DNA of 64,000 nucleotides from Eledone cirrhosa (taxonomy: Eukaryota). The stretch spans positions 293,198,001-293,262,000 of the forward strand of contig OZ024742.1 in the NCBI GenBank assembly GCA_964016885.1. The letters are read 5' to 3'. Both the position numbers and the translations under genes were made by a program. Positions 27,553 to 42,365 of the stretch are shown one piece after another; positions within the stretch are counted from its first letter, which is position 1, and each line of letters starts with the position of its first letter. Below the pieces are notes generated by a model. It was not told the origin of the DNA. It searched no databases and saw only the letters and a program-made list of their open reading frames with translations.

Positions 27553-27858
27553 CTCTTTAGTTGAGTCAATAACCGACAACCTCTCTTGTGCTAGTGCTAC
27601 AAAAAATGTGACCAGTACACCCATACAGGTGATTGGTAATAGGAAAGGCATCCAACTATAGAAACCATGCCAAGAAGAATCAGGTTGACTCTTCAGTTGT
27701 GTCAATGGAATAGGAACCTCTCCAGTGTTGGTGACATGACAAACACATCCAGTAAACTCTATAAAGTGGTTGGTGATAGGAAAGGCATCTAGCCATAGAA
27801 AACTTGCCAAAAGGTTCAGGAAGGCTCTTCAGTTGTATCAAAAGCATTACAATCTCCC
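27553..27858 (+). repeat. Old ~135-bp tandem repeat (about 2.3 units) built on the RTE 3' UTR module
   Basis: Repeated CTCTTCAGTTG...AACCTCTC...GGTTGGTGATAGGAAAGGCATC...TAGAAA; related copies at 41067-41500 and 44222-44390. Confidence 0.65.
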
Positions 27859-29931
27859 TGGCTGCATTCTGTTGAGCATTGGAATGTATGTAAATTAGAT
27901 GTGATGCCTATCTGACCTCTCCACCTATCTGAGAGGTCAGTTGATGGGAGAAGTGGTTGCACATTGTAGGGCTATCCTAGGGTGCTAAATTCCCAGATGC
28001 TGTACCTGGCTATAAAAGATACCAAACTCCTAGCTATAAGCTTTATACCTTCATTCAACCTCACACACCTAATAAAGATGCACTGAATGCAGTATGTGAT
28101 ATATGGAATAGCTTTTCTGAAGAAAAGCTATTTTCTAAGTCAGCAAAATAGAGTAAATTAGATATATTTTTACACAAGACTGATGTTATTACAATACTGC
28201 TAAAATTAGAGAAACAGATTTCAATTATGTTATTTAATACCCTGTTTCTTCAGTTACTTTACAGACAGAACCTATTTATTATCATTATTGTTACGAGGTC
28301 GATAAAATAAAGTACCAGTAATGCACTGGGTAATTGCTGGCCTTGTGCCAAAAGTAGAAACAATTATTGTTATACCTACTTTTTTTTCTAAGTTTCTTAT
28401 TCCCTTTATTTGATATAAACCCTATTTAGTGTTGGTTTTCATTCTTTTATTATGCCTAATGTAGTGTGTCCTTGTGACCAATGAAAGAAATTGTTGTTGT
28501 TATTGTTATTATTATCATAATATGGCAAAAGAATATGCTTTTGGTCAACTGAGACTGGTTTGTAGTTTCACCCACTTGAAACTATTACATTTTACCTCAA
28601 CTATTCTCGCAAGAGAAGACATAAACATCCTCTGTTTCTCCTAAAATCTAGAGCTTTTATTCTTAGGTAAAAATAAATATGATATATATATATCATTATT
28701 ATTAAAACCTTGAATTGTGTGGTGGTGTGCCAAAAGCAAGAGTGCAGCAGACCAAAAGATTTTCATTATATCAGCTATACAGAATGTGGAGCATAATTTG
28801 AATATGTTGGGGGAATCAACAACTTTTTCTAAATTGTATATTATATCTTTTTTAGTACCAAGTATTTTTATATTGAGTGAGTGCAAGTAAGGTTTTTTTA
28901 GATGTTGCAGGGGGTGGTGGTGCATGCAGCAAAAATGTTTAAGAACCTTTGCAGAACCAAAGGATAGAGTGCTTTGCAGTATTTGTTTCAGCTCTCTGCT
29001 CTCTGAGTTCAAATCCAGCCATGGTCAACAAAAAAAAAAGTACCAGTCTAGTCCTGGGATCGATTCTTCCTCAATGTCTCTTTCTCACTTCCTCTCTCTC
29101 TCTCTCTCTCTCTCTCACTTTCTATCTTCCTCTGGAAGAAATCTGCTGTTTCAGCTTGGAGAGGGATGGGCTCCTCCTAGCTTTAAGTATTATCAATTGC
29201 ATGTCTTATGAAATTGTGGCCTTGTACATCATCATCATGAACAATTGTAGCCTTGTACATGTTGGTATGGGTTGGATAAGACTTTGAGAAAGTTATTCTA
29301 CAGCTGGATGCCCTTCCTGACACTGTACTTTATTTTCATGTATGGTATAAGACATTGACTTTTGTTGAATTGCTAAGTTGTAGGATATAAATGCTACTGT
29401 TTGCTTTAAATGGTTTCAATATGAAGTTGTACACAGAGATTGACGTACACATGCACGCGCGATGGACTTCCTCACAGTTTCCATTTACCAGATTTCATGC
29501 ATAAGGCTATAGTGGAAGACACTTGTCCATGATTCCCAAAAATCTTTAGCCTAGCACAACTACAGGGTCAAATGTACTCTGTTAATTTAATGAATCTATT
29601 TATATCATTGTATTATAAAAAAATATATATTGTTTTATGGCCTTATTCTTGTTTTCTCATTAATTCTGTATCATTACTATCATCATCATGATTATTATTG
29701 TTATTGGTTTGAATGGCAAAATCATTAGAACTTTGAACAAAATGTCTTGCAGTACTTGTTTGGGTTCTATATATTTTAAGTTCAAATCCTAAACAACTCA
29801 AGTTTGCCTTTTATCCTTTTGGTGTTAATAAAATACCAGTCAAGTATTGGGGTTGATTATACGCAATTTTCCCATCAACCCCAAATTGTTGGCCCTTTGC
29901 CTAAATTTAAAACCATTATTAATATTATTGT

Positions 29932-30135
29932 TTGATTGGCAGTATCGGTAGAGCCTCAGACAATATGCTTTGTAGCATAGAGTTACGGCCATTTATGTTC
30001 TGAGTTCAAAACACGCTGAAGTTAGCTTTGCATTTCATCCTTACGGGGTCGATAAAATAAAGCATCAGTAATCCCCCCCCCCCCCCAAAAAAAAATGCTG
30101 GCATTGTGCCTAAAGTAGAAACAATTATTATTATT
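29932..30135 (+). mobile_element. SINE group 1 copy
   Basis: A box, B box and shared body; a poly-C/poly-A stretch lies before the 3' end. Confidence 0.8.
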
Positions 30136-30725
30136 AATGGCAGAATTGTTAGTTGGTCAGACAAGAACACTTGCAGTATTTTATCAATCCAAGTGAAGCT
30201 TGTAGCCTATGGTTAGGGTGTTGGATGCATGATCATAGGACCTTGGGTTTCAATTCATGGACCAGGTGTAAAATACTCTTTACATTCTGAGTTTAACCTT
30301 TCAGTTACTAACCTGGCCAAAACCAGCTCTGGTTCTATGAAATAAAACCACCAATTTTAAAGGGTTCCAATTTAAATTTAAATCTTCCAACATAATTTTA
30401 TATAAGAACCTTACATTAAGTTACTATCTTACTAATGAAATAATTAATAATTTTAGTAAATATCTCAAAATTCTTCATTAATTAATTGAAACGGTGCATT
30501 TCATTAGAAATGCAGTCATGAAACGGTTAAATCTTGTCAAGGCTATCTTTGCCTTTCATCCTTCTGGGGCTGAAAAGAAAAATGAAATTTGTAGCTCCTA
30601 CCTATTTAGCCAGCTTTCTATTAGATTACACCTCAGACAAGGTTTTTCAGTTGTTTTAATGTTAGGGGCTATACAGTCCTATGGAAAGCAACATGAAATG
30701 AAGTAATATCATGTTTATATATATA

Positions 30726-31384
30726 TCATCATCATCATCATCACCGTTTTATGTCCGTTCTTCCACACTAACATGGGTTAGACGGGTTGTCCTGTTGTGG
30801 GCAGTGTCCAGTTGGCTGACCTTGTCTTGCCCATATGGGAACTGATTCTGGCTTGATTTCTGCAGCTGGATGCCCTTCCTAACACCAACCTCATTTACAG
30901 TGAGTGCTGGGTGCTTTTTTTCCATGGTGCCTACACGTCCACTTTTCAGTGTGGGCTGGGTGCTTTTTTGCCGTGGCATCTCCACGACCAGTTTGCAGTG
31001 GGAGCGGGTTGGGACATATTGTCTATATGCTTCAGCTCCGACTTGTACCTGTGGGAAGTCGGGTCTTCTGTATTACTGCATGACGCCAGGTCGCGGTCGT
31101 GTGTCATCACCCTTGAGAGGTGTAATTGGGTAAGGTCGGCTTTTATCACCTCTTATCACCCAGGTCTTCTTGGGTCTCCCCACTCCACAGCTTCCATCGA
31201 CTTCTAGTGCTCTACACCTTTTTATGCAGCTGTCATCCTTCATATGCATCACATGTCCATACCAACGCAACCTCCTCTCCTGCACACAGCATTTGATTCC
31301 TCTTATGCTCAGTCTCTCTCTCAATTCATTTATGCTTTACTGTTCGCGTATATTACTATTACCTTTGCCGTTCGCGTACATTAT
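30726..31384 (-). mobile_element. RTE subfamily B, 5'-truncated copy
   Basis: (CAT)n tail, subfamily B 3' UTR and ORF remnant 31073..31324. Confidence 0.9.
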
Positions 31385-32229
31385 ATATATATATATATAT
31401 ATATATAATGTGTGTGTGTGTATGTGTTCCTTATAGTTTCCATCTACTAAATACACTCATAAAGTATGGGTCGGCACTTGCTCAAGGTACCATGCAGTAG
31501 AATAGAACCTGAAACCATGTGGTTACAAAACAAACAACTTAACCACACAGCAATACCTTTGCTTATACAACTTATTAAAAATGTATCAAACCAATTAGAA
31601 GCTGATTATTTCCATGGAGATACTCCAACTAGACTATTTATATAGTGTCTTGCTAATGATGAATCTTTTCTTTTTTTCATAGTGTCAGTTTAAAAAATGT
31701 TGATGTATGTATCTGATAATCTCTCATGTTTATTTCACCATGAATTAGTTTCAAATTTTCAATATTTATTTAATAAAAATATAAATAATCAATTTTGGTT
31801 GTTTATGATGATCGTAAGATGTTTTACAAAGGTTCTAGGCTGATCAATGCCTTTTGAGGGAATTTAGTAGACGAAAATTGTATGGAAGCTCCTGCGTGTG
31901 AGTGGTGGGGTAATTTGGTAGACAGAACTATATGGAAGCTTATTATGTGTGCGTGTTTATGTGCATGATTGCTTGCATGTTTTAGTAAATGGTGTTATTT
32001 ATTTTTGTCCTGTGCAAACTATATCTCGCTTTTTAGCAGTTTGACGAAGATCTGTAGGATAAGTACCATACTTTAAAAACATTTTTTAAAGGATGTATTT
32101 AGCTGAGGAGGGTCATCTGGCCATACAAAACTGTTTCGAATCTTGACCACATCATGTCACTATGGAAAAGTAGACATAACAACAGTGATGATGATCACTA
32201 AATCTGATTCTTCTTTTTTGTTACTAAAC

Positions 32230-32513
32230 AAAGTAAAGTCTGTCTCAAACCAGGAGACTTGTCAGGCTGGTTCTTATCCTGGTTTTGTAGTGTGAAACGA
32301 CTGAGAGTACAAGATTTCTCCCTGGACAGGACGCCAGTCCATCGCAAGGTTAAACTCCCAGCTACTGCTGGTACTCATTTTCAGCTGAGTATACTGGAGC
32401 AACGTGAAATGAAGAGTTTTGCTCAAGAACACAACACACAACATGCCCAAGAATCAAACCCACAACATTATGATCGTAAGTCTAACACCCTTACCTCTAA
32501 GCCACGCGTCTCC
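32230..32513 (-). mobile_element. SINE group 2 with non-RTE tail
   Basis: Reverse complement of the tRNA head, CORE-like domain and GATGGACTGGCGTCCTGTCCAGGG...GAGACAGACTTTACTT tail. Confidence 0.8.
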
Positions 32514-33341
32514 ACTCTTTTTTGTTATCCTATTTCAAATAAAACACTTCGTGTTTTAATTAATTAATTGTTTCTACGTTAGGCACAAGGCCAGCAATTA
32601 CCCAGTGCATTACTGGTACTTTATTTTATCGACGCCGTAAGGATGAAAGGCAAAGTCAACCTCGGCGGGAGTGTTTGAATTAATTAATGAAGAATTTTAA
32701 GGGATTTACTAAAATTATTTCATTATAAATGATATTTGTAACAGCATACAAAATTTTTTTTTACATAAAAATATGTTGGAAGATATAAATTTAAACCCTT
32801 TAAAATAGATGGTTTGTACTGTAGGGGGTTTGGGGTGGGTTGGTATCAAAAGGGTTAAATTCAATGAAGCTAATCAGCTATTAATGACTAGTTTACTTTC
32901 TCAAATCATAATCAATAACAGGTTCTATTTATTACATGTACATGAGCTAAATATAATATTGATTGGTATTAAATAATTTATAAGTTTTCTTAACCTTTTT
33001 GATACAAAACTGCTTGAACCTGACTCTGGTTCTATAATACAAAGCTGTTAAAACTTTTAATCAGAATATTATGTAAGAACATTTCAGTTATATTTCATTC
33101 AGTTTAAGTTAGTTATATATATATATTATAGAATTATGGTAATGAAAAGGTTAATTTCAATGTTCTCCAAATCATAATTTTTTTCCATGTGAATTAACTT
33201 TTAAAGTGCCAAAGACATAACAGGGGTGTCATTTATCTCTTACCCTTTGTGTGCCAAAGACCTACTGGTATGTTTTAGTTTAGTTCGTGAAGCACAGGTC
33301 CATACAAAATAAAGTAAATTTGATCAAAATATTTTATATTT

Positions 33342-33598
33342 TTAACCCTTTTGATATCAAATTACCTGAAGCCACCCATGAATCTGATACACACCTGTTT
33401 GTTTTAAAGTGTTTATATTTATTTTAAAACCTTCCATAATAATTTTATGTAAGAACATTTGTGACGTTATGTTCCAAAAATTAGCTTAATAATGAGAAAG
33501 TTATATTACTAAATCCCTTCAAATTCTTGATTATTTCGAAACTATTTGAAAGCCACAGGCAGTGTGTTTCATTAGGAATATGATAATGAAAGAGTTAA
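33342..33598 (+). mobile_element. piggyBac-like MITE (TTAA-flanked)
   Basis: TTAA-CCCTTTTGATA ... TAATGAAAGAG-TTAA. Related copies at ~30293-30530, 32680-32858 (-), 32990-33154, 35670-35880, 37475-37598, 48190-48382, 51578-51833 (-), 54187 and 62147. Confidence 0.7.
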
Positions 33599-34306
33599 CA
33601 ATTTTTTGAAAAGGCAAAAATTAGCATGTAATCCTGACTTGGATTAATAAAATACCAAAATATGGCACTGGCAGTCAAAGAGTTAGGTGAAAATATATGA
33701 AAATGAAATATAGCTGGGCTGAAGATATTTGTGAATGGCAAGAATTTCATATAATCCAGCAACAACACAAAGGGTAAGATGTGCTTGTTATGTAGATAGG
33801 GAGTAGCTAGAAAGGAATTCAGCACTATGTATGCAATGCAACTTTAAATGGAGAGTGGTGGGATGGTGGGTGCATAAGAGATGTAATGAGATATTTTGTT
33901 GAGACACAGAGAGACAGAGAGAGAGAGAGACAGAATCCTGCATTTTTCAGTGCATTGAACAAATAGATGCAGCTGTTAGTTGTGTATAGTATGTCTCTAA
34001 TGTTGGCTGTAGAATGTTGTTCACTTGAATTGTAAACATGGCAGCCAGTCTAATCAGTGTAAGGGAATGGTGATAGTGAAAGAAGAATTCCTCAATCTTG
34101 GAATATGTTTTGGGGATAATATAGTATTTTTTGTATAGTTGTTTTCTACCTAGAAAAAAAATGAATATAAATTGCTGTTGCAATTAGAATTTGATGAATT
34201 AACTGAATATATATATATATGTCTGTGTATGTATGTAACCTGTCAAATTCTCAAACAAGGCAATCAGTCCAACCCATGCTAGTATGGAAAAAGGACATTA
34301 AACAGC

Positions 34307-34337
<31 letters not shown>

Positions 34338-36924
34338 GAGGTGAGTTTTATTGTAGTACAATATGTTGATTTAAAACTGCACTATCCACAAGTGTTTTTT
34401 AGCCTTCATATCATGTTCTCCTGTTTTATCTGATGAAAACACAAATATTATTGCATGATGATGTTTGTTTTTGAAATGCGCATAATAAAATACATGGAAC
34501 TCCTTTAACCATCTTTTGATCTTATATATTATATATATATATATGTATATAATCATCACTGTTTAACATCTATTTTCCATGCTTGTGTGAGTTAGACCGG
34601 CTGTCACTTTATGGGGCTAGATAGGTCAAGAGATCACACTGTGTTCAAATGATCTGTTTTGGGCTTGGTTTTCTATGGCTGAATGCCCTCCCTAACACCA
34701 ACCACATTACAGTGTGTGTGAGGTGAGAAATTGAGAAATAATAGGTTGCTCATATTTTAATGGGGGAGAGAACATTATATCATTAGCACCTGCTTTTCCA
34801 TACTAGCATAACTTCGACATTGTACATACTTTTTTTTTCACTCCTACTGGGAAGGTATCGTAGGTAGTTCATATTGATCATAAAAAGAGACTTAATGGAT
34901 GAGTGTTGTTGTTGATTTACTAAACATGCCACTCTGAAAGGCAAGTAATGTCATATACCAGGGATCTCTTAGGTGGTAAGTACAATATATGCTGAGGCAT
35001 TAGTAATACTGTGTGTACAATCTTACAAAAATGAAATGAAATGAAATGTTAAATTTACAGCTCACACTTAGACAGGATTAACTGGCCTCATAACAAAGTT
35101 GTATCTCATAGATTTCTCAGGTGTTTTAATTATTATTTCCACCATACACATATATATGTTGATGTTGTATAGTTGGCGTCCTACGAGCTTGCATTTTGTA
35201 TGTTTCTCAGATGTTTTGATAATAGGGTCTCCCAAACCATCATGATAAGCCTGTTGCTGAAGAACACAATCACTGCTTGTTTCAGGAATCAAACCCCAAC
35301 TTTATGATTATGAGTCCAACACCCTAACTACTAGGCAATATGCCTTCATAGGCAGTCGAATACATGCAATCCTTTTCATCTGAAGCTCGTTGAACAAAAT
35401 AGCTTGAAAGTGTAACATGCTGAAGCACTGGTAATACCAAGTCCTAGAGTTATATAATCAAAAATATAATTCAATGAATATGATTGTCATTTTTGATGAC
35501 ACAGGTGTGTGTGATAGTTATTAGTAATTTATGAAAGAAAACTAAAAAAATGGAAATAAAGCATTTTTTCATCTCAATATAAAATTAGTTTGAATACATT
35601 TCTGTTAATGGATTTGATTATTTGCAATTTTGGATTTGGTAAAAATGTGATGCTAATGTTTCTATTAAAAATCTTTTTGATACCGAACCACTCTGAATAG
35701 GTTCTATGATACAAAACTGTTTATTTTGAAGTGTATATATATTTATCTAATTTTATATGGAAACTTTGAATTATGTTCCAAATACCAGCTCAGCAATGAG
35801 AAAGTTATATTAAATCCTTTTAATTTTTTGATTATCTAAAAAATTTGAAAATAATTAGCAGTGTTTTTCATTAGAATTATATTTGTTGTTTGGTCTCCTT
35901 CAATTACAATGTTGAGTGTTCCAATTGTTTGACTAATGGATCCATCTGTGCATGAAAATTGTACAATTTGATGAGCATTCCATAGACGCATGTATTTTAC
36001 TTTTAATGTAGTTCTCGTGTGTGACAAAAGTAACCCTTTAAATTACAGGTACAACTCGTTTTTACCAGCTGAGCAGCATGAAATAATCGCTTTCTGGGAA
36101 TCAAACTCAAGACTTTATAATTGAGCCCATACCTTAACCTGTTCATTATCATATTCCTCACAAAATACACTACTTATGCATTTCAATCATCTTTGAGAAT
36201 AATTTGAAGGAATTTAGCCATTGTTATTAAGTTGTAAAAAATCTAACTTAACAAAATGTTCTTACATAAATTTATGATGGAAGTTTTTAATTTAAATATG
36301 GGTATTTTAAAAGTAATAGCTGTGTCTCAGATCTAGAGGTGGTTTCATATTGAAAGAGATAATCACTACTCCATGAGCCTTCACTACAAATATGGTAACG
36401 AAAGTTTTAATGCTGGAAGTGAACCTAAAGTATGGAATATAAGTAGCATGATAATTATGAATAACATTTTTTTCCTCGAGCAGAGTATTTCATTGATTTT
36501 TATCAAAACTAACGAAAGGGTTTTCATGTATTTTATGTAAAGGAATAAATAGGAACATAAAAAAAATATGGGCCGGGGGGGGGGGGGGGGGGCGATAGCA
36601 CAAAGTGGGAATTAAATCCATGTTAGAAATATGGTAATGAAAGGGTTAAACAAGTTTGTTTTCTGTTTAATGCTACCACTTATTTAACTGAAAATTCAGT
36701 TTTATATATCTTTCAATTGAAAGAAGAAATTGAGAAAACAAGTTTATTGTTAATGAAATCAGCTAAAATAGCTTGAGGTCCACAGATAAGCCTACTCCAA
36801 TCCTCTCATTACCTTATTTCTAATGTATGATTTTCAAATAATTTTTAAAACAATTAAAAATTTGAAAATATTTAATGTAACTGACTTTCTCATTATGAAA
36901 CTGGTTTATGGAGCATTATTTAAT

Positions 36925-37068
36925 AATTGTTTCTATTGGCACAAGGCCAGAAATTACCCAGTACATTACTGGTACTTTATTTTATCGACCCCGTAAGGAT
37001 GAAAGGCAAAGTTAACCTCGGTGGGATTTGAACTCAGAATGGCAAGGGCCGTAACTCTATGCGTCATG
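36925..37068 (-). mobile_element. SINE group 1, partial
   Basis: Reverse complement of the shared body and B box. Confidence 0.8.
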
Positions 37069-38183
37069 GTTTTTGCATACAATAATGGTGGAAGGTTTCT
37101 AAATAAGTAGTAAGAAACTTTCAGGAGAGCTGGATAGCAGAAGGTTTTCAGAGAAGAAACCTTACTCAAGCAAGTGTTTTGCCCTTTAAACTGGCTGTAT
37201 CCAGCCAGAATTCTCTCACCTCTTTCTGTTCAAACTGGCCATAACTGGCCACTCATGCTGATGTTAAGGTATTGTTCTCAAAATAAATAATATCAAAATC
37301 TCATAAATTCGATATTATATAAGATAAAATGTTTACTGAGAAAATACAATAGTATATATAGAGTAAAATAAATGCTAAAGAGCTGACTTAAATAAATATA
37401 AACAGTTTAAAATAAACAGCTTATTTTCATAGAATCTGAAGCAATTTCAAGTGGTTTGGAATCAAAAGGGTTAAGTTCTATTCCAAACACCAGCTAAATA
37501 ATGAAAAAGTTATATTACTAAATCCCTCTAAATTATTGATTATTATTTGAAAATCATCGGCAGTGTTTTTCACTAGAAATATGCTAATGAAAGGGTTAAT
37601 GTAGAAACCAAATCTAAAGTATGGAATGTAGGTGGCGTGATAATAATAAATTACATTTTTTTGCTTTGAGCAAAGTATTTCATTGATTTTTATCAAGAAG
37701 TCCAATGAAAGGATTTTTATGTAAAGGAATAGATAGGAATAAATAAAATATATAGACAAAAAAAAAAAAAGCACCAAGTGAGAATTGAATCCACATTTTT
37801 TTTTATAAGTACCCCTTAAATGAAAGGATTGATTCTTGCATTCTTATTTTGGCAGCAGAAAGTTTGCATAGGGATTTTTCTTTAGCAAGCAATACTTATA
37901 AGATAAAGGAAACTAGTCACTTAATTTGAATACTTCTCTCTTAAAAATTTTTATATATATATATTTATTTATTTTATTCATTCTATATATTTATTGCAAG
38001 ATTCTGATACATTGCCAAAAAAGAGAAGAAAAAAATGTAGATTAGGTTCTTGTATTTCAGTAAATTTTGTTTTATAAAATTTATATTTATATTTTTATTG
38101 TTTAGTCAAGAAGGGAAGGGCATCACCCATGACTCTTTTCAGTTCTGTAGAGAATGGTTTATCCAATGTAGTAATAATAATAT

Positions 38184-38610
38184 TAATTGTTTCTACTTTT
38201 GGCACAAGGCCAGCAATTATCCCAGTGTATTACTGGTACTTTATTTTATCAACCCCGTAAGGATGAAAGGCAAATTTAACCTCGGCGGGATTTGAACTCA
38301 GATCATAAAGAGCTGTAACTCTATGCTGCAAAGCATGGTGTCCGATGCTCTACCGATACTGCCAATCCACCATGGTTTCTGATTTAGGTACAAGGCCTGG
38401 GGAAGGGAATGTCGATTAAATCAACCCCAGTGCCTTACTGGTGCTTTATTTTATCAACCACGTAAGGTTAAAAAGCAAAGTTGACCTTTCATAATAATGA
38501 TAATTGTTTCTACTTTTGGCACAAGGCCAGCAATTATCGCAGTACATTACTGATACTTTATTTTATCGACCCCACAAGGATGAAAGGCAAAGTTAACCTC
38601 AGCAGGATTA
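38184..38610 (-). mobile_element. Cluster of SINE group 1 copies: one full length (38184-38371) and two partial
   Basis: Repeated TTTATTTTATC(G/A)ACC..G/ACAAGG..(G)AAA.GCAAA; (TAA)n-rich junctions. Confidence 0.82.
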
Positions 38611-41600
38611 ATAATAAAAAGATATGAGAATTATTGTTGTGGTTAAATATGTGAATGCTGGGCCTCATTAATGAGATGATACAAGATCCAGAACCCTATT
38701 CTATTCTTTAAACACATCCAATTCATACCAACATGAAACAGAATCATTAGAGCATTGGACAATATGCATTGTGGTATTTGTCCTAGTTCTTTACCTTCTG
38801 GACTCAAAACCCACTGAAGTCCACTTTGCTTTTTATCCTTCCAAGGTCAATAGAATAAAATACCTGTTAAGTACTGGTGTTGATTTAATTGACTATCTCC
38901 TCCTCCCCAAACGTTTGTGGTCCTGTGACCATGTGTATCCCAGTTTTAGAATAGGTACACTATGTTCCTGCATATGGCCACAAGAAGGGCATTTGGCTAT
39001 AAACTACTGCCCCAGAAAACTTGCCCAACCTACACCAGCATGGACATAAAGCAATGGCTGTGATGATGACTATATTTGAAACAATGTTTATTTCCTTTGC
39101 ATTGATTTTATCAAATTTTCTACATTGCCTCTTCTATGTTTGTTAACCAATTGGAAGCAATAAGTGATGTTATGTTAGAAATTAAACTGACAGCTTGATT
39201 GCTACATTAATAGTCGTTGAGAAACATTTTAGTCTGTGTAGTGTAGTAGTTGCTCTATTGTATCTTTTAAAAAAACCTTAGATATGCCAGAGGATACTAA
39301 TATAGGTCAGTAATATTTACATACTAGTTTTCCCATGTTAAATCTTATCTTAATCAGTTTGTTTATTTATTTAAAGTTTTCAATAGGTTAGAGTTTCTAC
39401 ACTGGCTAATAAACTACATATGTAAGATCTTAGTAAAGTAGTACTGTTGTTACAATAAAATACACCCAGTACACTCTGTAAAGTGTTTAGTGTTAGGAAG
39501 GCCATCCAGCTGTAGAAATCACGCTAAGAATGGAACATATTGAACAAGATATGGTTCTCTGACCATGTCTTGGACTGTGACAATGCTTCCAACCCATGGA
39601 AGGAAAACAGTTTGGGATGTAAAATGAGGATGATGATGGTATTTCTTTTGCTTGTTATTAAACACTCACTTGTCTAGTCTCATCAGAAATGACAGCTAAT
39701 TGTAGTATTTTATATATTAAAAGGGTACAAAATCACCTTTTTTGTTATAATTCTTTTATAATAATTCTTTTATTACAATTTCTTTTTTGTGGATAAACTC
39801 TCTGCAACTAACATAGATAACAAAGATAATATCTTGGTGTGCATTTGTATACATTTATATGTATGAGTATGTAAATTTAAACACACACACACTCACACAT
39901 GCACTCACATAAATATAAATATATTCACCCAAACATAATAGCCAATTTACTATACATATCCTCCATATACTCGCATAAGTGTACCACTGTTTTCTATAGT
40001 TTGTCACCATCCTCTTCCTTCCTCAGTCATCTCCCTTTCAGTGAGTGACTGACAAATATATAAATAAATATACACATTTGCTATCGTTATGGTTGATTAC
40101 ATCATCATCATCCATTACATTATCATCATTGGCTATGTAGTAAAAAAGGATGTAGTAAAAAACACTTGAAGTGCCACTTGGTTGCAAAGTAAACTTTTTA
40201 ACCACACAGCCATACCTGTGCAATCTTATTTGATTGAGTTTTGCTTTTCTCATATGTTCATTTCTATAGATTGTTTTATGAATAGTTTTCCTTTAAGGAA
40301 AAGATGTGTTTTATTATATTACAGTTTAATAATTAATCATACTGTGAAATGGTTGAAGGCAAATTTGGATAAATGTAAATATTTAATTTTAAGATACTGA
40401 TTTTACAATTTTTTCAATTACTGAATAATACTAGTTCAACAGAAAAGTGGTGTTAAACATTCATTTATATCTTGTTTTCAATAAATAGACTTTTAGATGT
40501 TATTAACAGATATATTTTTTAAATAGCATTAACTTTGCTGGAAGAAATAGTTTATTTAAAATTTTGTCTGAATTTTTGAGATGAAGAAATATCAAGATTA
40601 TAAACTGATTTACTCAGTCTATTAACCCACTCACCAGTACAAATGGATTCTTGAAAAATTAGTTTGCTTAAAATTTTCACAACAATCCACTAATATAGAT
40701 ACTGTAAACATTTGAATTAACAAATTTGTTTTTAGATTGGAAGTTAAGAGCTAAGCAGAGCAAGTAAAGCACATTACAAACTGCTGTAGCGGCTGCAATG
40801 TTTTAACACCACTATTTCTTAACCTTGAAGACTCCATGCTATTGATCACTCCATCTACTCCCAACCACTATTAGCTATTCTGGCCATTATTACGTCTCCT
40901 CTCTAAAAGTCTTGACAAACCAGTGACTACTCTTGCTATGAAGGTCACTCCTCCCCTCTTACTCATCACCCTGTCAAAACTCACCTTACTTGTCATACAT
41001 CCATAACATCATACTTATTTTCCTTTTTTTTCCTCACCATCTCATAAAGCAGGGAGGGCAGATGGGCTCTTCAGTTGAGACCATAACCAACAACCTCTCT
41101 AGTGCTGATGCCACGAAAATGCATCCAGTACACCTTGTAAGGTTGCTGTCAATAAGAAGGGCACCTTGCTGTAGAAACCATGCCAAAAAGAGTCAAGAGG
41201 ACACTACTGTTGTGTTAATAGTGTGACAACCTCTCTAATGTTGGTGATTGCATAATAAATGCACCCAGTACGTGCTGTAATGTGGTTGGTGACAGGAAGG
41301 GCATCCAGCCATAGAAAGCTTGCCAAACAATGGGTTGGGAGGACCCTTTAGCTGTGTCAAATATATGATAACCTCCTAGTTCAAGCGAAAATGCACTCAG
41401 AACACTATATAAAGTGGTAGTGGTGGGGACACAAAAATGCATCTAGAACACCCTGTAAGGTGGTTTACTGTTAGAAAGGACAGGCATAGAAACCATGCCA
41501 AATATGGAATGTATGAGCAAGATGAGGTCACTCTGACCTGTCTGGTCTTGGGCAGTGACAATCTGTCCTATCCATTCCAGTGAGGAAAATAGACATAGAA

Positions 41601-41839
41601 TAATGTCTATTCAATTTGCTACAAATTATGCAGCCTGCAAGCTGTCATATTCCTTCCATTTTTATACATTTCCACTAAGAAACATCTGGCATTACAGTTT
41701 TTTTTTGTTTTTTTTTTGTTATGTAAATAAATACAAAGCCGTTTTACCATCTGTAAAGGACATAGCTATTCGAATATCTTCTCCAAGAAACATAATTTTT
41801 GTGTAGAATATTCATCAAGATATTCTACAATAAATTATG

Positions 41840-42365
41840 GATGAGCTGAGAGAAAACACTGGGCATAAGAGGAATTAGATTCAGTGTGTAAGAGATAAGA
41901 TTAAGATGGTATGGGTATTTGATGCATATGGATGATGATTGTTGAGTGAAAAAGTGCCAGGAGATGTAGATAGAAAGAATCTGCAGTAGAGGAAGACAGG
42001 AAAACCTGGGCAGAAGTGATGAAAGCTGATCCTGGGCTGCTGAGTTGTACAAAGATTCACACCTATCCAGGTTTAGCTTGCCTTCTACAGGGTTACATCT
42101 GAAAAGAGGTTTGTTGGGTGTTTTAGTGATAGGGGCTTAAGTTCTGTCATAAAAATCAACATATTAAGTGCCTTACTCTTCAACTCAGTGTCCTGCTTTG
42201 TTCAGGAACCAAACCCACAACCTTATGAATAATGAAAACCTGGGCTGAGGTGACTAGATCTCATCTTGAAACATCAAACCATACAGAGGAGATTATGAAG
42301 GAATGCATTGAGTGGAGGCTGGCTGTGTTGAGAAGACCTGTTCAACTCATGCAAGCATGGAAAAA
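41840..42365 (+). mobile_element. Old degraded RTE 3' end, interrupted
   Basis: Remnant of IRGIR...RLRWYG..MHMDDDC*VKKCQE followed by an RTE-like terminus ...CATGCAAGCATGGAAA. Confidence 0.6.
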
